A stretch of 60,386 bases of DNA from a virus. How positions within the stretch are numbered: position 1 is the stretch's first letter; every line of letters starts with the position of its first letter. Below are positions 1 through 6,026 of this stretch, piece by piece. The stretch is taken from positions 1 through 60,386 of IMG/VR virus record IMGVR_UViG_3300048927_000480; one strand, given 5' to 3'. The position numbers and the translations under genes were made by a program. The notes below the pieces were generated by a model. That model did not search any database. It saw only the letters and a list, made by a program, of their open reading frames with translations, and was not told where the DNA came from.

Positions 1-127
1 CCGTACGTGGCGCCTCGTGTCCGCGGTGAGCGGCAACCGTTACCTGGTGGTCAACCTGCGGACGGGGCGTGTGCTGGTGCTGGAGCACCGGAGCTTGACC
101 AACCTGTACTGAGTCCACAGTGGACGC
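1..127. repeat. Terminal exact duplication, copy 1 (identical to 60260..60386)
   Basis: Read directly: nt 1-127 equal nt 60260-60386. It carries the 3' end and TGA (110-112) of the CDS starting at 59958. Implies circular closure or terminal redundancy. Confidence 0.95.
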
Positions 128-189
128 GCAACCCGGGGCCCGAACCGGCCGCCGGGTTCGCGTGCTGCCCGGGAAACCGTGACCTCGCT

Positions 190-221
190 GTGACCCAACC
201 ACGTTACCCAGGTGGTAACGT
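190..221 (+). promoter_or_regulatory. Putative early promoter/operator P1 (GTGACC..ACGTTA-N9-TAACGT)
   Basis: Member of the conserved motif family. TAACGT (-10-like, TAnnnT) at 216-221. Perfect 10-bp inverted repeat CCACGTTACC/GGTAACGTGG at 199-208/214-223. Lies 37 nt upstream of ATG 259. Confidence 0.55.
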
Positions 222-258
222 GGTCCTCAGCAAGCCACCAGGGAGCAGGGAGACCACG

Positions 259-645
259 ATGGACGCCAAGAGCCGCGAAACCCTCCGCAATGCCGCGCTC
301 GCCGCCTCGCAGGACGGCCACGCACGCTGGCAGCAGCGCGTCACCGGCGAGCTCCCCACCGACCCGCGGCCGCCGGTCACCCGCAAGCCCCGGGGCACGT
401 CTGCCGCGCAACAGGCGGAGGAACTCACCGGCCTGCTCACCGAGAAGGTGGACCGGCTGCGCGAGGCCACGGAGACGGAGCTGCGGCACTACCTCGGCAA
501 GGCCCTGGCCGACCTCGCCGCCGACACCGGCGCCCGGATCGCCGAGGTGCAGTACGACGGCGAGCGCAGCGAGGTCACCGACGCCTACCGCGCCGGCCTG
601 CTCCTGGCCGCGCGTCTGGTGGCCGACCCCACGTTCGACTACTGA
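259..645 (+). CDS. Hypothetical protein (128 aa)
   Basis: ATG 259 preceded by GGGAGCAGGGAG. In-frame portion of ORF 7..645 downstream of the stop at 110-112. Protein-like composition; follows P1. Confidence 0.65.
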   Translation: MDAKSRETLRNAALAASQDGHARWQQRVTGELPTDPRPPVTRKPRGTSAAQQAEELTGLLTEKVDRLREATETELRHYLGKALADLAADTGARIAEVQYDGERSEVTDAYRAGLLLAARLVADPTFDY

Positions 646-694
646 CCGGTACGCGGGTCCGTGGCTACGGCCTCGGGCCCTTCGTTATGTCCCT

Positions 695-726
695 GTCACC
701 CAACCACGTTACCCAGGTGGTAACGT
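695..726 (+). promoter_or_regulatory. Putative early promoter/operator P2
   Basis: 31 bp (698-728) identical to 193-223. TAACGT at 721-726; inverted repeat at 704-713/719-728. Lies 35 nt upstream of ATG 762. Confidence 0.55.
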
Positions 727-761
727 GGCTCGCAGCACGCCCCCCGATCACGGAGGTCACC

Positions 762-986
762 ATGATCCTGTTCGCCGTCCTCGCGTCGCTCATCGCGACC
801 ACCCTGTTCGAGCTCCCCGTTTCCCCGGCCTACCACGCTCACCGGCTGCTGGCCGGTACCCGGCGGCAGTACCGCGTGGCCTGCCTCGCCTGGTGGCTGC
901 GGTTCGCGGCTCCGGTTGGCCGGGTGCGCGACACACGCCTCGCCTGGGCCCGGGCCCGCTACGTCGTCGAGACAGCGACGCGATGA
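762..986 (+). CDS. Small membrane protein, hypothetical (74 aa)
   Basis: ATG 762 with GGAGG about 8 nt upstream. N-terminal hydrophobic helix ILFAVLASLIATTLF. Confidence 0.65.
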   Translation: MILFAVLASLIATTLFELPVSPAYHAHRLLAGTRRQYRVACLAWWLRFAAPVGRVRDTRLAWARARYVVETATR

Positions 987-1123
987 CGCTGGTGTGGATG
1001 GTCACCGGCTCCGGCACCTGGCTCACGGCCCGCCTCGGGTGGAACGTGGCCGGGTGGCTGTACCGGGTACGGACCGGAGCGGCAGCCGGGCGCCGCGAGG
1101 ACCGCCGGAGCGTGGCACCGTGA
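983..1123 (+). CDS. Hypothetical small protein (46 aa)
   Basis: ATGA start/stop overlap with the upstream CDS. Hydrophobic Trp/Gly-rich N-terminus. Confidence 0.5.
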   Translation: MTLVWMVTGSGTWLTARLGWNVAGWLYRVRTGAAAGRREDRRSVAP

Positions 1124-1305
1124 GCCCCTGGTTCCGCCGTAGCTCCGCGCCCGGCGAAGGTGACGACGAGCAGCAAGCCAACCTCGACCGCGCTGCGGAG
1201 GCGGCCGGCGAGGCACGCAAGCGCCGTGGGCAGGACTGGCGCCGCGGCGAGAACGAGCGCGCGGCCCGTGAGGAACCGCAACCACCGGACACGCCTCACC
1301 CATAA
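1120..1305 (+). CDS. Hypothetical small charged protein (61 aa)
   Basis: GTGA start/stop overlap with the upstream CDS. Followed by the hairpin at 1329-1363. Confidence 0.5.
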   Translation: MSPWFRRSSAPGEGDDEQQANLDRAAEAAGEARKRRGQDWRRGENERAAREEPQPPDTPHP

Positions 1306-1328
1306 CTCCGTTTCTGAACAGCGTTACC

Positions 1329-1363
1329 AAACCCCGTCACGGGCTCCCTGTGGCGGGGTTTCG
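1329..1363 (+). terminator. Putative intrinsic terminator ending the early arm
   Basis: AAACCCCGTCAC ... GTGGCGGGGTTT hairpin (one G-U pair) followed by TTTCG. Lies immediately after the last + strand CDS. Confidence 0.55.
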
Positions 1364-1365
1364 TC

Positions 1366-1790
1366 ATGCCCGGGGGAGGGCCGTGTCAAGCCCCCTGGGG
1401 CGCGTGTCCCCGGGCAGTACGCCCCGGTGGGGTGGCCAACGCCGACGCCGGGAGACACGGGCCCCCAGGGGCGCGCTCCGGGCGCGGGAGGCGGGGTGCC
1501 GGTGGCCTGCGTAGCGCGGGAGCGGAGGCGCACGGCGTGGGCCGGTGTGCGGTACGGGATGTACCCGCTACCCGAGGGCCCCTGGGAGGGGTGGTCACCA
1601 GGAGCAGGGGCTCTGTGACGGGTGCTCACTCTGGGTACACGGGGGCGCAGGGTAACGGGACGGTGTGCTCTTACCGAGGGGCGTGCTGCACAGGGCCGGT
1701 GGGACGGGGGTGTCCTGGTGGCGTGGTGCGTAGAGGCGTGGATATGGGGTGCTCAGGGGCGGGTTACGTTTTGCGGCGCCTCTTCTCTGC
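1366..1790 (+). other. G-tract-rich, strongly G-over-C skewed non-coding segment
   Basis: By eye, about 30 runs of 3 or more G versus about 8 runs of 3 or more C on the + strand. The ORFs here translate to Gly/Arg-rich non-protein-like strings. Confidence 0.7.
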
Positions 1791-2161
1791 CCTCTCCACG
1801 ACGGTCCATCTGTTCATGTGCGCAGGTATGCATATCACGCCACGTGCACCATGTATCTACGCACCGTGGCCCCTGGTGGCTACTCTACGCACACATATGC
1901 ATGTGCATATAGGCACGCACAGTGATCAAGGTGAGGCGTGCCTCAGCTCACGCTCCGTGCACGCGCCGGCCGCTAACCGGAGGGCCCCTCCCCCGTCGAA
2001 ATGTTCAAGATCGGGTGAGCTTTGGCCTGCTCAACTTTCCTGCGCGCCAAATTTCTCGATTTCTGGCTAGTTGATCTTGATCCAGGCGCCTGTTGACTCG
2101 TTTTCCGACCCGAATCCAGCGTAGTTTCGTCAGATTTCGGCTAGCAGCGCTAGCGTTCACC

Positions 2162-2226
2162 GGCGCACCGATGCGACCTGCGATGGCGCACGTTTTCAAG
2201 ATCATGGCGCACCGGGACGGCGCACC
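2162..2226 (+). repeat. Iteron cluster A: 4 direct copies of GGCGCAC(C)
   Basis: Copies at 2162-2169, 2185-2191, 2206-2213 and 2219-2226. Confidence 0.85.
2193..2213 (+). repeat. 21-bp repeat TTTTCAAGATCATGGCGCACC, copy 1
   Basis: Exact second copy at 2835-2855. Confidence 0.9.
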
Positions 2227-2775
2227 GTATTTCGTCACCAAATCGGGAGCGCTGAGTGGCTCGAGGAGCTCCGGAGCGCCGGCGCGGGTGTTCCGGGGCC
2301 CTCGGGTCGGGTTTCGCGGCTCTCCGTGACGCTGAACCCCGGGAATCGAGCTTCTGGAGTCAGGTAGCTCGGCCGGAGATGCTGATTCCCGGGGCTCATC
2401 TGCACGTGTAACTACGGAACCCGTCTCCGAGGGTCCTGATACCGGAGACGTAGTTCCAACGGCTCTCAGAGGCGCTGAAGCGGTTGCCTCTGATGCCCGG
2501 CCTGGATGGCGACAGCGGAACACGCACCGGCGTACCTCGCCCAGCCGTCGCTAGAGCCGGATCCCCGCGCCCAGCCGGCTCGCTGAACCGCCGAATCCAG
2601 CTCCGGATCTCGTCCCGGACCCGTGTCGCGTCGATTCGAGGCCCGAATCTGGTTGAACGTTTGATGAGCCTCGCGTGTGTACGCGTGACGCGCACGGCGC
2701 TTCGCGCTTCCTCACGCTCCGGGGAGTCGCTGACGCTCCTCCCCTACGGCGAGAGCGGTGATGAGGCCCATGATC

Positions 2776-2889
2776 GGCGCACCGTGTTTACTGCGCACTT
2801 CCGGCGCACCGCTACGACCTGGGGAATGTCCGATTTTTCAAGATCATGGCGCACCGTGGCGCACCGGCGGCGCACCCCCGGCGGCGCAC
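2776..2889 (+). repeat. Iteron cluster B: 7 direct copies of GGCGCAC(C) (one variant TGCGCAC)
   Basis: Copies at 2776-2783, 2792-2798 (variant), 2803-2810, 2848-2855, 2858-2865, 2869-2876 and 2883-2889. Confidence 0.85.
2835..2855 (+). repeat. 21-bp repeat TTTTCAAGATCATGGCGCACC, copy 2
   Basis: Identical to 2193-2213. Confidence 0.9.
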
Positions 2890-2890
2890 G

Positions 2891-2907
2891 GTCAACTTCA
2901 GGTTGAC
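2891..2907. promoter_or_regulatory. Central palindrome GTCAAC-N5-GTTGAC between the direct and inverted iteron blocks
   Basis: Arms at 2891-2896 and 2902-2907. Sits at the switch point of iteron orientation. Confidence 0.6.
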
Positions 2908-2942
2908 GATTCACTCTCTGCAGCCGGGCGATTACAAATCAC

Positions 2943-3052
2943 GGTGCGCCGCGAAAGTGCGCCGCCGGTGCGCCGCGTTTTCGGGCATTTCAGACATTCG
3001 CCAGGTCGCCACGCTGCGCCGCCCGTGCGCCGGAAGTGCGCCACGGTGCGCC
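2943..3052 (-). repeat. Iteron cluster C: 7 copies in inverted orientation ((G)GTGCGCC)
   Basis: Copies at 2943-2950, 2957-2963, 2967-2974, 3014-3020 (variant), 3025-3031, 3036-3042 and 3045-3052. Confidence 0.85.
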
Positions 3053-3139
3053 TCACCCATTCGGAGTAACGCGAAAACGGCCCTAGGTCTAGACCAATTT
3101 TCGGGTGATTTGTCCGAGTTCTAGGCCTAGGAAGGCATG

Positions 3140-3175
3140 AAAAAGGACCCGGGAACGTGCAGAACTCCCGGGTCC
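3140..3175 (-). terminator. Putative intrinsic terminator for the leftward replication operon
   Basis: On the - strand: GGACCCGGGA-loop-TCCCGGGTCC (10-bp perfect stem, 3145-3154/3166-3175) followed by TTTTT (complement of 3140-3144). Confidence 0.65.
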
Positions 3176-3290
3176 CTCGTAAACAAGCTGGCCCGACCAT
3201 GGACCGCAGACACGAGAAAGGGCCCTCGTCCCGGTACAGCACGAAGACCCTTCCCCCGAGGTGACTCGTGAAGAGTCTCCGCAGACCAGG

Positions 3291-3395
3291 TTACCGATGG
3301 CGCCGACGCCGCTGGAACCAGCCCCAGGCATACCCTCCGGCCAGCAGGATCACGCCGGCCACGGCAAGCAGGTCATGCGGCCAGGTGCCGCTCAC
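3291..3395 (-). CDS. Possible micro-protein (34 aa): one TM helix plus poly-Arg tail
   Basis: GTGA start/stop overlap with the CDS ending at 3392. Sequence VSGTWPHDLLAVAGVILLAGGYAWGWFQRRRRHR. Below the ORF-track size cutoff. Confidence 0.4.
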   Translation of the reverse strand: MSGTWPHDLLAVAGVILLAGGYAWGWFQRRRRHR

Positions 3396-3967
3396 AGGTC
3401 GACTCCGTCCAGCTCGTGCAGGGACCGCCCGGCCGGGGTCAGCTGGTACCGCCGGACCTCGCCCTCGGCCGCGGGAAGCGCCTCGATGAGTTTGCGTTCG
3501 TAGATCGCGGCGAATGCATCGCGCCAATGATCCCAGGCCTGTCGAGGTACCGGTGGCACCGGTTCTCCTGCAGCTACTTCCAGGACTTCGTTGAAGTACA
3601 ACGGATGGTTCGCGCCAGCGAAAACAGCCAGAATCCGCTTTTCGTACTCCGCAGACTTGACACCCGAGGTAAGCTCAGACGCGTCTGCGCTTACCTCGGC
3701 ACTTTTAGCCTGGTTTTCCCGGAACTTTTTCTTGAGCGATTCCCAGCGCATCAACGCACACTGCACCTCGTTCAGGAGCGCGGCGTCCGCCGGACTAATG
3801 ACGCGCTCTCCCGGCTGCATTCGCGTCCAGCCCTTGGTCACCAGGTTCTCGGCCGCGGTCCGGTAAGCATCGAATCCGCTGTGCAACAGGCGCTGTTTCT
3901 GGAGCCGGCAGAGATCCTCGACGAGTTCGTCGGCGTCCCGCTGCGCCCGGTCGATTGCCTCACCCAC
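3392..3967 (-). CDS. Hypothetical protein (191 aa)
   Basis: GTG 3967 preceded by GGAG; overlaps the upstream stop by 8 nt. An alternative ATG at 4030 lies inside the upstream CDS. Protein-like sequence. Confidence 0.7.
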   Translation of the reverse strand: MGEAIDRAQRDADELVEDLCRLQKQRLLHSGFDAYRTAAENLVTKGWTRMQPGERVISPADAALLNEVQCALMRWESLKKKFRENQAKSAEVSADASELTSGVKSAEYEKRILAVFAGANHPLYFNEVLEVAAGEPVPPVPRQAWDHWRDAFAAIYERKLIEALPAAEGEVRRYQLTPAGRSLHELDGVDL

Positions 3968-5231
3968 GGTGAACACTCCTCGCGTCGAATGAACACGGAC
4001 AGTGATTATCGGCGCCCAGACCCACGTCACGGATTGTGACGGAACAGCCTGATCCGTCCTCGTAGTGCGAGCTGGACAGGTGGTGGCAGCTTGGGCACCG
4101 CGCCGGTGGCGTGTACGCCTTGTCGGCGTCGTCCAGTGCGTCCGCGACGAGATGCTGCGCGCACCGTGGCCATCCGCGTTCCGACCGACCGACGGCGGGC
4201 TTGCTCACCGGCGGTTCGAGCGCGCTGCAGGTGCCGCACGGGACGATGTCGCCGGTCTCGTCGGTGACCACCACGGCGGTCAGGTCCGCGTCGAGGGTGT
4301 CGCCGAGGGTCCACAGGTGTTCGACCTCGGCGGCCAGGATTTGCGAGGCCTTGACCAGCGCCTCGAGAGGAACCGGATCGTTGGTCGTGTTCGTGCTCGT
4401 GATCAGCTCGAGCGCCCGCGTGACCTCGGACGTGTACTTCTCGCTGGCCGGCAGCGTACGCGGCATCCGGAGCCGGAGCGTCTGCTTCAGCGCCATGACG
4501 TCGTCCGGATCCGGGCCGATTGGCCGGGTCTTGGTGAAGAACTTGCCCAGCAGCTCAAGCGCTCGCTCGATTCGCTCGTCGCGCTCCCGGATCGTGCGGC
4601 AGGCTTGCTCGTACGCCCAGATCGTCGGGTACCGCGGCGCGACGTCCGGGATCTCGGCCAGCACCGCGCGCAGGTCTTCGTCGGTGATCCGGCGATCGCC
4701 ACCCCGGCCGTCGGCGATGTGCGTCGCCCAGTTCCGGGCTCCGGCCCCGGTGCGGCCGAGGTCGAGCAGCTGCACGAAGTGTATAACGTTATACACACCC
4801 TCGGGCAGCTTGCGCTCCGGAATCGGACCGGGCACTTGCCGCGTGACGTGGCCGGGGACCTCGCTCATCTGTGTCAGCACCGGCCGCAGACCGGCCTTTC
4901 GCCGGAGCCGGTGCAGCATCCGCGGCATCTCGGCGCGCGGGAACGTGGGAAACGGCTCGATGTCCGGGACGTCGATGGCCTCCATCACCAGCTCGTAGAC
5001 GCCGGTCTCGGTGATTTCGAAGCCCCGGATTTCCGGGTCCCAGGTGAACTGGATCAGCTCGTTGTCGCGGTATGGGGCGTGCAGCCGGCTCCGGACACCG
5101 CGCTCGTACAGCGCCTCGGCCAGCATCTCGAGGCCGGCGCGGGTATACGGCGCGGAGAGCCCGGATCTGCCGAGGTCGTGAACGAGCTGCATCAGCTCGA
5201 GCGCGCGGTAGGGATTGTCGGTAGGGGTCAT
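3960..5231 (-). CDS. Hypothetical protein with Cys-rich C-terminus (423 aa)
   Basis: ATG 5231 forms an ATGA overlap with the upstream stop. Upstream of that ATG the ORF translates to a Pro/Arg-rich, non-protein-like string. C-terminal CxxC and CPSC motifs. Confidence 0.75.
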   Translation of the reverse strand: MTPTDNPYRALELMQLVHDLGRSGLSAPYTRAGLEMLAEALYERGVRSRLHAPYRDNELIQFTWDPEIRGFEITETGVYELVMEAIDVPDIEPFPTFPRAEMPRMLHRLRRKAGLRPVLTQMSEVPGHVTRQVPGPIPERKLPEGVYNVIHFVQLLDLGRTGAGARNWATHIADGRGGDRRITDEDLRAVLAEIPDVAPRYPTIWAYEQACRTIRERDERIERALELLGKFFTKTRPIGPDPDDVMALKQTLRLRMPRTLPASEKYTSEVTRALELITSTNTTNDPVPLEALVKASQILAAEVEHLWTLGDTLDADLTAVVVTDETGDIVPCGTCSALEPPVSKPAVGRSERGWPRCAQHLVADALDDADKAYTPPARCPSCHHLSSSHYEDGSGCSVTIRDVGLGADNHCPCSFDARSVHRG

Positions 5232-5620
5232 GGTGTCCTCGTGACGGTGGTGAGTTTGCGGACCTGCAGCACGCCGTCGACGATCCGGCGACCGTACAGG
5301 TGGTCGGGGCAGTAGTAGAACCAGAACTCCCGTGGCGAGTGCTGGTTGGCGCGGTTGAGCTTGGCCACTGGTACGCCATCGCACTGCCGGTGCGCGGGCC
5401 GGCCGCCGCGGCAGGCGTATCCCGGGGTCGGCTGGTCCAGCAACACCCACCGCGGACTCGTCTCGGGCATCCAGACGTACTCCACGCCGGGCGGCGCGTT
5501 GCGGTAGTCCTTGTAGTCGGTCAACCAGGCTTCGGCGTCGGCCAGTTTCCGGCTCATTGTGGCGCCGCGCAGGATTTCCGCGGCCCGCCGGAGCAGGTCG
5601 TCGTGCACCGGCTCAGTCAC
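5228..5620 (-). CDS. Hypothetical protein (130 aa)
   Basis: GTG 5620 forms a GTGA overlap with the stop of 5613..6026. The N-terminal extension to 5932 overlaps a better ORF in another frame. Confidence 0.65.
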   Translation of the reverse strand: MTEPVHDDLLRRAAEILRGATMSRKLADAEAWLTDYKDYRNAPPGVEYVWMPETSPRWVLLDQPTPGYACRGGRPAHRQCDGVPVAKLNRANQHSPREFWFYYCPDHLYGRRIVDGVLQVRKLTTVTRTP

Positions 5621-6026
5621 CGGTCGCACACCCTCCGACCCAGTGCCGTCCTTCACGCTTCCAAAGGCACTGTGGTGCCTTTTTCGCGTCCTCGACGGTC
5701 CAGCGCCGGCCGTCGGCGAGCGTGCTGTTGAACGCCAGGGCCCCGAATGGTGACAGCGCCACCAGGCCCTTGCAATGGTGGCACTGGGCGCCCGTGAGTA
5801 ATCGTTTGCCCAGTTCTTCGAGCGCCTCGATCGGTCCGCGCTGACGCTCGACGATGATCCGGGCGCCCTTGTACTGGACGCTGGCGTACCAGTCGGCCTG
5901 GTCAGGAGGCACGTCGTCGTGCAGGTAGCCAATGTCCAGGCCGGTCGCGCCGGTCCGTCCGACGAGGTCGACGGTGGCGATCATCGCGTCTTCTTGTTCC
6001 GGGGTGAATGGGGCTTTACTCGCCAC
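5613..6026 (-). CDS. Hypothetical protein (137 aa)
   Basis: Full ORF with protein-like composition. Tightly packed with its neighbours. Confidence 0.7.
   Translation of the reverse strand: MASKAPFTPEQEDAMIATVDLVGRTGATGLDIGYLHDDVPPDQADWYASVQYKGARIIVERQRGPIEALEELGKRLLTGAQCHHCKGLVALSPFGALAFNSTLADGRRWTVEDAKKAPQCLWKREGRHWVGGCATGD

Noticed and set aside
2162-3052. Possibility that the repeat field is a CRISPR array.
   Set aside because: The repeat unit is only 7-8 bp, spacing is irregular (2-20 bp), both orientations occur, and there are no cas genes. This is inconsistent with CRISPR architecture.
1366-3242. ORFs inside the 2-kb region: 1366..2070, 1622..1912, 2005..2523(-), 2093..2329, 2396..2695(-), 2484..2906, 2758..3069, 2846..3124, 2898..3242(-).
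   Set aside because: No RBS-plus-start context, non-protein-like composition and mutually overlapping frames. The recurring 'GAP' and 'RRT/GAA' peptides are just the GGCGCACC/GGTGCGCC iterons read in frame. Kept as non-coding, though a homology search could overturn this.
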